Notes: generated by a model not told the origin, from the sequence alone. A DNA stretch of 64,000 nucleotides from Octopus vulgaris (GCA_951406725.2 OX597833.1:41664001-41728000), one strand, 5' to 3'; counted from the stretch's first letter, positions 25,560-38,026 are shown. Made by a program: numbers and translations.

Positions 25560-27410
25560 TTGCATAGATTCTTACGAATCGTTTTGATATATGTCGAAAT
25601 AATCTTGTTTATGCGATGATGAATTTCTTTTCCACCATGCTCCGATATTGCTATAGAAAACGTAACTATCAATAGCGTTTGCAGTGTCAAACTGCTTTGG
25701 CATTCTAGCAATTACCGAATCAATAACATCAAAAACATTCTGTTTGAATTCGATTTAAGGCTCGTTGGATCCATCACGATGACTTTTTCCTCTGGTTCAT
25801 CATCATCTTCAATGACAAATCGTGTTCTATCTTTTAAGAAATTTTATTTTGATGGAAAAATTCAATTTCGATTTTCTCAGCAACTAGCTTTGTTTCAATT
25901 AAAATCCGGTCATTTCTCAAGTAGATCTTTTAAATCATTTTAAGCTTGAAACCTCTATATTCACTGTAGCGAGGATCTTTGACCACATCGATGACATAAG
26001 GATGCAAATGAAAAATCTTATGTATTCCATTCCGACACTGACTTCAGCTTTTGGAATAATGCTGAATGACAAACATTTCTTTAGCGGGAGTTATATCCCA
26101 ATAAGATGATTTTCAATGGGTCTTACACTTGCTACTCAGTCTGTCCAATGAGTACCTGAAAAAACTCTAACAGATTCCCCTAGATGCTCTCCGAGAATAA
26201 TCCTACACTGAGGAGTGGAGGAAAACAAAATGTGACTGCAACATACGGCAATTTAGGGAATAGAAACCATACAAAGTAGATTGATGGCAAGTATGTGAGG
26301 CTGAGTATCATTGTATTTGCCAGGCGTGTTGGCAATGTTATCATAAGCCTGTCCTCGACAATCTTTTATAGCTATCCCAAAATGCTTGAATGTCTCCGTA
26401 ATCAGATTTACTAATTCAGCCCTTGATTACAACAATAAACGGAGGTCTAAAATAATTTTGGAACTGCAGTTCCAAAATGGTGAACTTTGCTCCATATGGC
26501 TGGCACCTATGTTTCATAAACCATAATTAGATTTAATCCAAATGTGATTCCGAACATATTCTTTTACTTGTTTCAGTCATTTGACTGCGGCCATGCTGGA
26601 GCACCGCCTTTAATCGAACAACTCGATCCCAGGACTTATTCTTTTGTAAGCCCAGTACTTATTCTATCGGCCTCTTTTGCCGAACCGCTAAGTAACGGGG
26701 ACATAAACACACCAGCATCGGTTGTCAAGCAATGCTAGGAGGACAAACACAGACACACAAATACACGCATATATATATATACATATATACGACGGGCTTC
26801 TTTTCAGTTTCCGTCTACCAAATCCACTCACAAGGCTTTGGTCAGTCCAAGACTATAGTAGAAGACACTTGCCCAAGGTGCCACGCAGTGGGACTGAACC
26901 CGGAACCATGTGGTTGGTAAACAAGCTACTTACCACACAGCCACTCCTGCGCCTATTCTACGTATTTAATGAAAATGTTTTGAAAAATAATGAACTTGAA
27001 ACCGTTCATCCTTTTATTTGGGTGCTCTCTTTGTAATTAGTCCTACTAGAATTAGTCATAGGCCATGAGTTTGCGATTGCCACCACTTCATTGGGATGAA
27101 GTGCGGAAAGCAAATTCCACTTTACCCAGGAAAAATTACTAACTACATCGATCTTCGTTAGTAAGTATTGACATTTCTCAGTCTCGCACATGACCCATTT
27201 AAGAGATATCGCATTAATCCTGGTATCATTTGTCCATCTCCTCTCTGGCTCATGCCATGTTAAATAACAGTTCTTGCATACTGAGTAATTTCAATGTTCA
27301 GGCAACCAGTTAAACAGTTTTTTCCCATTTCTGTTCAGTACTCCCGTTCTGTTTAGATGCAATGATCGACTGTAATCTTTGCAGTTGTGGTTCAGCGGTA
27401 TGAGAGAAAA
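25560..27410 (-). pseudogene. Highly degraded hAT (Tip100/ZMYM1-like) transposase
   Basis: Minus-strand IKDCRGQAYDNIANTPGKYNDTQ near 26300-26375 resembles CRGQxYDxAxNMxG; IDVV...AFR near 27110-27150; interrupted by a SINE. Confidence 0.65.
26560..26954 (-). mobile_element. SINE family 1 copy inserted in the hAT relic
   Basis: Full-length, CpGs retained. Confidence 0.88.
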
Positions 27411-27414
27411 CAAA

Positions 27415-27630
27415 GGCGGCGAGCTGGCAGAAACGTTAGCACGCCGGGCGAAATGCGTAGCCGTATTTCATCTGCCGTTACGTTGTGAGTTCAAATTCCG
27501 CCGAGATCAACTTTGCCTTTCATCCTTTCGGGGTCGATAAATTAAGTACCAGTTACGCACTGGGGTCGATGTAATCGACTAAATACCTATGTCTGTCCTT
27601 GTTTGTCCCTTGTGGGTAATAATGAAATAG
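27415..27630 (+). mobile_element. SINE family 3 with Meta-type central domain
   Basis: gcctttcatcctttcggggtcgataaattaagtaccag resembles the MetaSINE/Sauria-SINE core as recalled. Other copies near 340-530, 850-1070, 1730-1950, 5865-6060, 6155-6380, 16685-16909, 19300-19510 and 24055-24245. Confidence 0.8.
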
Positions 27631-28091
27631 GTATGAGAGAAAACAATGCTTACAAAACAGGTAATATAAGGCCTATTTTCTAGGACAAACTGCAAGCCTT
27701 CGTCTGCTTTTGCTTGTATTATTTGTTGTTCTAACTTTGATTACAGACATTAGACATTTTCGTTCGGTAAAATTACTTTACTTAACAATCGAACACTTTC
27801 AGGTAATGACACGGAACTATGTGGCGATTATGCGTAGGCAGATAGCATCCTGGATTGACTGAATGTCAATTAGCTATTGTTTTACAGTTCAATATTACTG
27901 TGTCACGCGAACGCAAACAGGATGTGGATCGGCTGATTCAGACATCACATACACGGGTCCAATTGTCATATTATCATGTTGTTAATTGTAATATATCCAA
28001 GGCGTGAACTTAGTTTAAACAACATCATCTTTCACAATGAATCAATCCACTCCTGAGTTGAAAGGAAGATTCCTGGTTGTTCTGTCTGCAT

Positions 28092-28131
<40 letters not shown>

Positions 28132-28298
28132 GTGTGTGCGTGCGCGCGTGTGTCACTATTCAGTATTATTTCAAGATTTCTTGCCAATAGAGAAAGAACC
28201 GATTTCTAACCTAGATCCAAGGCTCTTTCATTGGAATTTCAACATCAACAGGGTATCTTAGTATATATGTATACTTGCAGATTCGTATGTTTTGTTTT

Positions 28299-28357
28299 AT
28301 GTATGTATGTATGTATGTATGTATGTATGTATGTATGTATGTATATATGTATGTATG

Positions 28358-28444
<87 letters not shown>

Positions 28445-28461
28445 TTGTATATGTATGTATG
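28299..28461. repeat. Compound (TATG)n(TATC)n microsatellite
   Basis: Seen directly. Confidence 0.95.
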
Positions 28462-28765
28462 TGAGCCATCAAAATTCTCATGGAAATCGACCCATGATAA
28501 ACAATGATGTGGCTATTAAAATTCATGACAGAACGTGTGTAAAATGTGGAAGGGTGTGTCTCTCAGTTGGAGGTCTGAAAAGACATGTTAAGAGAGTGCA
28601 TATGGTGGCACCTGTTTCTCCTGCCAGCCAGCATAATTGTCAAGTATGTAATAAAATGTGTAAAAGCTTGGCTGGGCTTTAAGGTCATATAAGGACATCA
28701 CATAGCAACAATAATGAATCATTTCAGTAAGTCTTCTTGGCAATGGCTTTTCTCGTGTAACGAGG
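28462..28765 (+). mobile_element. LINE (RTE-like) 3' fragment with C-terminal C2H2 fingers
   Basis: CVKCGRVCLSVGGLKRH and CQVCNKMCKSLAGL*GH; in-frame stop and no splice context. Confidence 0.5.
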
Positions 28766-28795
28766 ATGTAGCTGTGTGTGATATGTATGTATGTA

Positions 28796-29590
28796 CAGAG
28801 TGTTTGGGCTAAATTTCTCAGTTTGCATGTTTGCATGAAAGGCGGGGAAAAAACCTACAATATCCCATCCGAAAATAAAAGTATTTTAAAAAATCAGGAA
28901 ATATCGATGAGATTATGGCTGAGAGAAAACAGTTTACTCAAAGTAGTTTCCTCAACTTTCATCACAGCCTCAAGACGGCTCCAAAATCTGGCATATGTTC
29001 CTTACTTTGTCTCTGGGAAGATCTTCGAACAACTCTTTGATCTTGCTCACCAACTCCGCCTTGATGTTTCAAGCAGAGTGTTTGATGTCTTTTTCAACCC
29101 CACCCCCACACGTAGTAATCCATGGGAACACAACTGGGGGAATTAGGAAGCCAGACTTTGGAGGCAGGTGATAAGGAAATTCTCCGACAATCATTTCTGA
29201 CTTATTCTGAAGGTATAACAAGGAGCTGAATCCTGCTCTTACACATATGGCCTTCCAGCAGCAACCCTCTCTAGCCAGGGTTTTGGCTACAGTCTCCAGC
29301 AGCTTTACATATCTGTCTGAATTGAGTCTAAGACCCTTTTCAAAGATGTGGGGCAGCATGACGTCACCATGAAAATCATCCCTTCTGTTGGCCACAGTTT
29401 GTAAGTATCCGTTTCAGCTATCCATTTTACGTCTTACAGTCTTTGCGGTGTTCACAGAGCATTGAGCAAGTCATGATGTCGGCACCTTAATAGTCGGTGC
29501 GAATCATCATAATACGAGCAACTCTTTTTCCAATAGTCAGATGGCTTCCAGCCCTCCACTACAACTTTAATCTTTATGCTCTCCAATGCT
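28796..29590 (-). mobile_element. maT (DD37D)-like transposase relic
   Basis: GDVMLPHIFEKGLRLNSDRYVKLLETV followed, after frameshifts, by QDSAPC; TA-cagagtgt terminus. Confidence 0.62.
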
Positions 29591-29780
29591 ATTCCTGAAA
29601 AAAAAAGGAGATATAAAACTGTCGTATATGAGTGTGCGCATGTATGTATGGATGGATGGACGTATGTATATACACGCGCGCGCACACACACAATAATGTT
29701 AATGAAAGGGTTAAAAAGAAATTTAATTTCTAGTGGTAATTGTAATAATTTCTGGATGTAATTAACTTCTTTAGTAATAC

Positions 29781-30240
29781 AGTTCTATATTTAAGAGATG
29801 AGGAATTATGTACCTTATTTACATTATTTACAATTGAAGGATATTTGTCCTCTTCTTGTTTGTTGTTAACACAAAGTTTCGGCTGATATACTCTCCAGCC
29901 TTCATTAAGTGTCTTGGAAGAAATTTCGAACCTGGGTTCTCATTCCTAAGGTATTTTTTCGATGTTGTTATTATAATTACTATTATTCAGGTCACTGCAA
30001 GGGTATATGGCGTAGTGGTTAAGAGCGCGGGCTACTAACCTCAAGATTCCGAGTTCGTTTCCAGGCAGTGACCTGAATAATAATAATCATAATAACAACA
30101 TCGAAAAATACCTTAGGAATGAGAACCGAGGTTCGAAATTTTCCCCAAGACACCTGATGAAGACTGGAGGGTATATCAGCCGAAATGTTGTGTTAACGAC
30201 AAAGAAGATGAGGACAAATATCTGTCGAATGTAAATAATG
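29781..30240. mobile_element. Fold-back tRNA-headed SINE with Penelope-type minimal hammerhead ribozyme
   Basis: tRNA-like head at 30001-30066 between inverted arms of about 185 bp. Each arm carries a hammerhead core. Confidence 0.78.
30149..30194 (+). ncRNA. Minimal type I hammerhead ribozyme motif (mutated copy)
   Basis: GACAC-CTGATGA-A-GaCTG(loop)CAGCC-GAAA-tG-TT-GTGTT. The inverted copy at about 29868-29913 restores stem II (GGCTG/CAGCC) and GAAAC. Confidence 0.65.
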
Positions 30241-30474
30241 TTTTTTAGTAATGTATTTTCAGGAAAACTACTTTGGTGACTTCAGTAGTTTACATCCAGA
30301 TGAACAAGATGTCCAGCACGTACAAACAGATACACACACATGTATACATGCATATACACACACACATATATATATATAGATATACATATATTATATTATA
30401 TTATATTATATTATATCATATCATATCATATTATATTATATTTATATTATATTATATTTATATATCATATTATA

Positions 30475-33400
30475 TTACAAGTAGTCGTTGGTTATGGCTG
30501 ATCAGAAAGTTACCATTGGTTTCATGTCCATCGCTGCTCTTATCAATAAGGGCCCCGCTCCAGGAATATCTCGTTCAGGATACGTGCAACCTCATCTGCA
30601 GTATCCGTCTTCATTTCCCTCCATATTGCCATCCGACACAATCCACAGTCGACCATCGAGAGATACATCCTCTACCGGAAGTGTGTCACATCCACTGCCA
30701 ATCGTCTCCAGTTGTACTCTACTGAGATGTTTCCCGGCTCGTGCACACTCGGAGTAGGGTCGATGAATCGACACCCATCACAGCTCTTGACCACCTTTTG
30801 AATGTTCTCTCTAGTAACGTCGGAGTCAACCTCCTGGCAAGGTAGAGGGTTCTATCCACGTCTATATGATGCATGGCATGCACTCTCCTTTGTTCCCAGT
30901 CACCTAGCCGACACACTGCAGCTATCCCCAACTCTGAATCTTCCGGTACCGCCAACCAGGCCTTTTTTCTTTCTGAGGGCACAAAGACCACGCTCAGCTT
31001 CAAACCAAATTCGGCAACTAGCTCTCCCTAGTTTTACTAACATTTCTGCAGCTCCTTTGGTTCGAACCCTCTTTTCATTGGTGATCACTGATCCATCCCA
31101 TCCAAGCACAGTAGCTAAATCGTTTTGGATTTCAATAGAACGCAGCCCCCATCTCAGGGCCAGATTTACCCCCTTCAGTACTGCGTCCAACTCAGCTACG
31201 TTGATATGGTTGTAATCAACTGCTTTTCACAGCCAGGCTGTGTCCTCCACTTCGACACCTCCGATTTCCAGGACAACCCCTATCGCTATGCTGCTAGCAT
31301 CGCACCATATGGCCCCATTCTCTAACTTGGGCACATACCAGCTTCCTCTTACTTAGTCTTCTGCTCTTACCCTCTCTAGGATTTCCTGCATCATCGCCAC
31401 CGTCCTCTCTCTCTCTCTCTGTGTCTCCCCAGCCTGTCCCGTCAGCTCGTCTCTTGACATAGCTGCATGCTGTTCGAAGCCACCCTGCGATTGGATAGTG
31501 ACCCACTAATCTTCCATACATCAAGAATAGTTCTTGTCTGTTGACATTGGTACCCAGTTCCAGAATCTCATTTCCTCTCTGAAACACCAACACACCAGTT
31601 TTGTCTCTTTGAAGCTTGAGCATCAGTGCAGCTCCTTCAACCATTGGCTCCGGTGGTTTCGTAGTCAGCCCAAACCTCTCTAATTGACCTATGACCTCTG
31701 AGGCAGACACTACAGTCTCGTCTACCAGGATGTCGTCCATATAGGATTTGGTGGCTTTTTTTTTACCTTGTCCACCTTTCCCGGGATAGGTTTGAGCACT
31801 GTTGCCATGATTTTTGGCACAGAATTCAACCCGAAACCTAGCCTAGTCAAACAGTATATCTGGCCCTTATATCACACCAGTCGATACTGTCACAGTTTCT
31901 CGCTCGCATAGGACCACAGATATACCGACTTCAAGTCGACAATCGTTGCCGCCCTCGTCATCCGTCTCCATTCTCGTAACGTCTTTCTGCAGCCGTCAGT
32001 CACCTCGCCGCCCATGTGGCACGACACATGGTCATTCATCTCTCGAAAGTCCAGTATCGGCCTGACCTTGCTCTCCGTTGGCCGCACCATTGCCATTAGT
32101 GGAAGCACTCTGTTCTTCAGTTCCTCCTTCCACTGGATAAGGATACCCTCCTTGATGCATAATCTACCTCTCTTTCAAATTCACTCCTGGCACCTCCTTT
32201 CAAGGTATGTTGATAACAGCTTAGCCTGTTCTTCAGTGTCGAGGGCTCCACTTTCCAGCACCACTGACCGTCAAACACCACCTGAAAATCTTTATCCTCA
32301 ATGGTGTAAGCAGTACAATCTCCCACGGAGCTCTTTCCTCTCTCTTTTTGTAGACTCACAGCGCACATGATGCACCTGCACCATTAAATGAAATCATGTT
32401 TCCACTGACACTGACACCTCCAAGGCAGTTGATCGCGTCCGTACCCATCACCACATCAATTCCATTTACCACATGGTCGATCTCAATCGCCCGCAGCCTC
32501 ATTGCTGTGCCCCGCACTGCTATCTCCACTTTGCTGCTGCTCTCACATCCAGTTTCGCTACCATCACTACTCGTCTCCTTCCATTTTTTGTCACCCTCGG
32601 GGTCACGATAAGCGTTGTACAGCCTGTATCCACGAGGGCTCTGAACATTTTTTCTCTGACCAGGACTTCAACTATGGGCAGCGACTGCACGAAAGCTTCT
32701 ACTTGCTCGCGGGAAATTTGAGAGGCAGCAACATCCCTCTGATATTTTCCCTGGCTGCAGTTTCAAGCGATGTGCCCTGCACTGGTAGCAAACAGGTTCG
32801 GGCTTTGTCTCCACACAGTACCTCGCTATGTGCGGTCCATGATACTTGAAACACCAGCCCATAAACTGATCGTCGAGTAACGTCGCGGGCTTCCGCATCT
32901 GCCATCGCCACATCCCACCCAGTGTTTTGTTTCGAAATGTGGGCTTGAGCTGCCTGGCAGTTGTTGCAGTGGCACCGATATGTCGTCAGGAAAGTCATTT
33001 ACGAAAGTCAATCGTACCGTTTTTTCTAGTCCCTCTCCGGTAAAACCAGATAGCATAGCTAGTCTCCGAATCTCCGCTGCGTACACGTCTATCTGTTCCT
33101 TTGTCTACCTGACTGCTCCTAGGCTGACGAATGCAGCGTACGATCTTTCCGTAAAGGTTTCCTTTAGGTGCTGCTCGATCTTTGTTGCTCCAGTTGGTTT
33201 TTTTCATCCATCTCCAGGTACAGCACCAAGGCGTTTCCCTCCAGATACAGAGTCATCAGACCTGCTACATCGTCAATGCCTTGCAGCCTGGCCACCACCT
33301 TGATCTCATGGATTCAGGCGATCACATCTCCTTCGCTACAGAAAGGTCTGATGGCATCGCTGCCGATCCTTATTTTCGCTGCTATCTCATGGAAGGGGAC

Positions 33401-33753
33401 AACAACAACGGGAAAATATGTATATATACGTGAGTTGAAATAGTTTGTAGTATGAGGGAACTGTAATGTGAAGAACAAAATACGGTTCTCCTACCTCTCA
33501 GTGTAGGATATGCAGCTGCGTTAAATCCAAGACGTGCCCTACTCGAATTACCTATCGCTAGAACCTACTGCTAGAGCCCTGTCTCATGCACGGGTCCGCA
33601 TGCGTCTGTCCACGACGACTGCCCGAGGAAAAAAAAAAAAGACCCACGCTGGTCCTACTTCCTTCCATGTTCTCATTCCTTCTTCCTCTTCCAGTAAGGC
33701 CCCTCAGCCATTGATGTCACTGACCCCTTCCTTCCGTTCGCCTCATCCCTACA
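30475..33753 (-). mobile_element. Degenerate Ty3/Gypsy LTR retrotransposon, 3'-truncated
   Basis: Minus-strand order: gag (YAAEIRRLA, zinc knuckles), protease ALVDTGCT, RT (RPILDFREMN, VDLKS, LGFGLNS, YMDDILV), RNase H-like, integrase HH-CC start. Many frameshifts. Confidence 0.88.
33446..33753 (-). repeat. 5' LTR of the Gypsy element
   Basis: TG...CA ends with terminal inverted match tgtagtatgagg / cctcatccctaca, adjacent to the gag start. Confidence 0.65.
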
Positions 33754-33883
33754 ATCATGAAAAGCTATTTACAAATCTCATTTCATGCATCAATGGCTGT
33801 TATGCTTTCTTATAAGAAAATTATGTACGGTTTACATGTTATATTAAACGTACGTATGTTCTACACATTCATTATGCCATATA

Positions 33884-34125
33884 CGAAGGGGTACTGAAAA
33901 GTTCCTGACTTTAAGGCTGTCGCGAAAGGAATAGCTGGAAGCTCAACCATCCGAATTCTATTATAGGGCTTAGAAAAACTGAAAGGCGGCTGCAATAAGT
34001 GTGTGAATCTGAAAGGGGAATATGGTGAGGATCTTTTGAATGTTTTTATGTTAAATAAAATCATAATTAACTGATCCTCCACTAGTTTCTTTCAACAAAG
34101 CCAGGAACTTTCCAGCACCCTTTCG
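33884..34125. mobile_element. Mariner-derived MITE
   Basis: TA-flanked TIRs cgaaggggtactgaaaagttcctg / caggaactttccagcaccctttcg. Confidence 0.82.
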
Positions 34126-34447
34126 TACATAATTTACGTGAAATTATGGGATGTCAGTATCGTGACTTCCGGTTTCTGTAGGAACTTTTATTTGTTGAGA
34201 ATAATTGACTTCCACTTTTTACGTGGTAAACTGATTGTTAAACGTGTAATTTACGCTGACCGGTAATAAAGTCACAGTAATAGTCATAATTTTCGCTAGG
34301 TAAAAAAAGTCATAATTAATGTATGGTGGCCGGTAATAAAGTCAAAGGGGAAAAAAAACATCACAATTAATTTACGGAATCCGGACAAAACTACTCCCCT
34401 AGGACAAAACAACCCCGGACAAAACTCCTGTGACTTTATTATTTATT

Positions 34448-34616
34448 GGCGATCCTTCGGTATAAGTACACACGCGGCTTTGTTTGCATTTCTAAAGATA
34501 ACGGAAACCCTTTTCTCCCACGCCTAACCCTAACCCTAACCCCCCATATATATAAAAAAAACAACACTTTCTTGAAATGTATCCGGTACTTCCGGTACTT
34601 ATACCGAAGCTAAGCC
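34448..34616. mobile_element. Short GGC-ended MITE with CCCTAA repeats, within a modular repeat region (about 34255-34660)
   Basis: Inverted cttcggtataagtac / gtacttataccgaag. Confidence 0.65.
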
Positions 34617-35085
34617 TTTATTATTATTATTTTTTTTTTTTACCTGGATTCGTATTTTACGGTAGTGTCTCAGCTTAACCAGAACCGTAGTAGTTCTCAA
34701 GATTTCTAAATAATTTGATATCCGTTGACAACTTGGGTTATATTTTCAAGTTGTTTATTTTAATTACATTCGGTGTTATGAACACTTTTATTTTATGAAT
34801 CGAAATAAGGATCGACCTCGTTTTCTGAACTTTGGAATTAAACATTTTATTACAGGGTGTTAACCGATAAACGAACTTGTTGATGATAAACAGTAATGCT
34901 TGAGGTGAATATTCTGGGAATTCTTTTTAAAGCTAAATTCTGGAGCGTTGTAAAATTCAATTCGTATTTTTTTATCTAAAGTATGTAAGAGGAAACAAGC
35001 AAGAGATTGTAGTGTTAGCTTATAGATTTCTGAATCAAAACTTATAAGAAAAACACGCATGTACATAAGGACAGGGAGAAATGGG

Positions 35086-35118
<33 letters not shown>

Positions 35119-35180
35119 GCAGTATTGGTAGAGAAAGAAGAGTTAGAACATGTTCTTTTTGCTGAGGTAGAAAGCCAATA

Positions 35181-35560
35181 GGATCTTTTCATAAACATAA
35201 TTTCTAGGTAACTAAAAAAATTTAAACTTCGTATACTCTTGGCTTTATTGAGAAAATTCTATGGTTTGTAAGATATTTGTTGTTTTTTTTCCCTCAATTT
35301 CCTCAATTTCAACCAATCAATGATGTCCATTGAGTTAAAAATCATTCTGTGCCGTATGAATATGTCCCTCGTTTAAGAAACAGATTGGGTTGATTTACAA
35401 TTGTGAAGAAAAAAAGATACCCTTCCCCCACCCCTAACCCTAACAAACCCTAACCCTAAAACAGATTGAAATGCAATAGATCGATACTAGGGGCATAATT
35501 ATGGGTGACAATTTCATATGACACCGCTAGAAAAAACTGCCGTTCAAACCGAAAAGATCC
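35181..35560. mobile_element. GGATC-ended MITE copy with left-arm deletions
   Basis: Matches 9669-10081; degenerate TSD agccaata/aactaata. Confidence 0.85.
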
Positions 35561-35809
35561 AACTAATATTTTGTAAGAGAGGCAGTCACACTATCAATGA
35601 AACAGACGCTCACAAACCTATCCCTCAGATAGTAACATCAGCTCCATAACCCTACCGGTACCTATAGAGCCTACAACAGAGGCAACGAGGTCGCCTGATT
35701 TATTGGTATCTGAAACAAATTGACAAACAGAAAATGATTATTGGCAAATCGACAAAAGTACTTAGAATTAAACAAAGAAATGTTCAGTGAACAATAAACG
35801 AAATATAAA

Positions 35810-36555
35810 TAATAATAATCCTTTCTGCTATAGTCACAAGGCCTGAAATTTTGTGGAGAGGGCATTAGCCGATTACACTGGTTCTTATTTCATCGACCCC
35901 GAAAGGATGAAAGGCAAAGTCGACATCGGTAGAATCCGAACTCAGAACGTAGCGACGGGCGAAATATCTATTTCTTTACTACCCACAAGAGGCTAAACAC
36001 AGAGGGGACGAACAAAGACAGACAAAGGGATTAAGTCGATTACATCGACCCCAGTGCGTAACTGGTACTTAATTTATCGACCCCGAAAGGATGAAAGACA
36101 AAGTCGATCTCGGCAGAATTTAAACTCAACGTAACGGCAGACGAAATTCCTATTTCTTTATTGCCCACAAGCGGCTACACAGAGAGGGGACAAACAAGGA
36201 CAGACAAACGGTTTAAGTCGATTATATCGACCTCAGTGCGTAACTGGTACTTATTTAATCGACCCCGAAAGGATGAAAGGCAAAGTCGACCTCGGCGGAA
36301 TTTGAACTCACAACATAACGGCAGACGAAATACCTATTTCTTTACTACTCACAAGGGGCTAAACATAGAGTGGACAAACAAAGACATACAAAGGGATTAA
36401 GTCGATTACATCGACCCCAGTGCGTAATTGGTACTTAATTTATCTACCCCGAAAGGATGAAAGGCAAAGTCGACCTCGGCGGAATTTGAACTCACAACGT
36501 AACGGCAGACGAAATACCGCTAAGTATTTCATCCAGCATGCTAACGATTCTCCGA
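35810..36555 (-). repeat. Head-to-tail tandem array of about 4 family-3 SINE units (~183-bp period)
   Basis: aaaggatgaaag(g/a)caaagtcga recurs four times; unit junctions near 35967, 36150 and 36333. Confidence 0.85.
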
Positions 36556-36958
36556 TTAAGGCTCTCTTCCTTAATAATAATGATTTCTTTATTAACCACA
36601 AAGGTCTACGTTAAGCAAAACATTATGGACAGTACAGAACAAAGCAAAAGATGTCTGAGTGTATGTGCATGAGCGTGTGTTGTGAGGGTTTTGCGTATAA
36701 ACGAGACTAACAAAATTTTTAAAAATCAACAATGTGTGATCTTCAATCGGGAGGAAACGTTCGAGGGCTGCTCATGGAAAAACCCCATAAAAAACCATGG
36801 GTACTCGGGCTTTTGGGGCAGGTGCTTTTCTCCTTTCCTTTTTTTCCCTTCAATTGCAGGCGTATGCTAATAATAATCTTTTCTACTGAAGGCATAAGGC
36901 CTTGAAATATTGGGGGAGGGGACTAGTCGATTACATCGCCTCCATTGTTTCACATGTA

Positions 36959-38020
36959 TTGGGTTGTCTGCCGATTTTTAAAGGAAAGAAAAAGGTCAAT
37001 AAATACTTGCCATTACATTTTTAATCAACCAAATATGAAACATTTTGTTGCACAATGCGTCTCCATCCTTCCTTTAAATTGAAAATACCCTCTTCTTAGA
37101 ATTGAGGTGGTTTCATGGCAAAGAATTCATCAAGGTATCTTTTTACGACATCCAAGGAATTGAAATTTTTACCATTAAGACTATTCTACAGAGACCTGAA
37201 TAAGTGGAAATCCGAAGGAGCAATATCTGGTGAATATGGAGGGTGGGGTAACACATCCCTGCCGAGCTGTAGCAATTTTTGTCTGGTTCCCAAAGAAACG
37301 TGTGGTCTTGCATTGTCATGTTGGAAAACAACACTCTTCCTGTTGGCCAATTCTGGACGTTTCTCTTGAATTGCTGCTTTTAACTCATCCAGTTGTGTGC
37401 AGTATTTCTCAGAATTAATTGTCTGGTTACTTGGGAGAAGCTCATAGTACAGAATTCCTTTCCAATCCCACCAGACACAAAGCAAGACTTTTTTTAGGGT
37501 GAAGACCCGCTTTTGGGGTGGCTAAGGGTGGCTCATGACGCTTAATCCAGGATCGCTTTCTCTGAACATTTCGGTAGATAATCCATTTCTCATCACCTGT
37601 CACAATTTGCTTTAAAAAAGGTGCGCTTTCATTCCGTTTATAAAGCAAATCACAGATGGAAATGCGATCCAAAAGGTTCTTCTTACTCAACTCATGTGGT
37701 ACCCAAACATCGTAGCGATTTGTGTACCCAAGCTTTACCAGGTGCTCATGAACAACGGATTTTGATAGGTTGAGGCTTTCTGCCAATTCTCGGGTTGTGC
37801 AATGTGGGTTATTCTCAATTAATGACTTGATTTGGTTATCATCTGTAGTGGATGGTCTGCCATATCGCTCTTTATCAATAAGGCTACAATCTCCAGCTCG
37901 GAACTTTGCGAACCACTTCCGTACAGTTCTTTCGGATAAAGAAACATCATCGTAAACTGCGCATATTTCTTTGGTTGCTTGTGAGGCATTTTTCCCTTTA
38001 CGGAAAAAGAAAAGCATCAA
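36959..38020 (-). mobile_element. Mariner (DD34D) transposon, near-complete transposase pseudogene
   Basis: WVPHEL, TGDEKW, HDNARPH and YSPDIAPSDFHLF motifs. One frameshift at the T-run near 37490 and one stop at 37186. TA-ttgggttg TIR at the left end; 5' end replaced by (AAT)n. Confidence 0.93.
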
Positions 38021-38026
38021 TAATAA

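Noticed and set aside
28275-28682. C2H2 zinc-finger host gene
   Set aside because: N-terminus is microsatellite, the second finger has a stop, and the pattern fits a LINE C-terminus.
30001-30073. tRNA gene
   Set aside because: Has A/B boxes but imperfect acceptor and T stems, no T-run terminator, and continues into a repeat body; better read as a SINE head.
35810-36555. CRISPR-like array
   Set aside because: Eukaryotic context; the units are whole SINE copies with no unique spacers and no cas genes.
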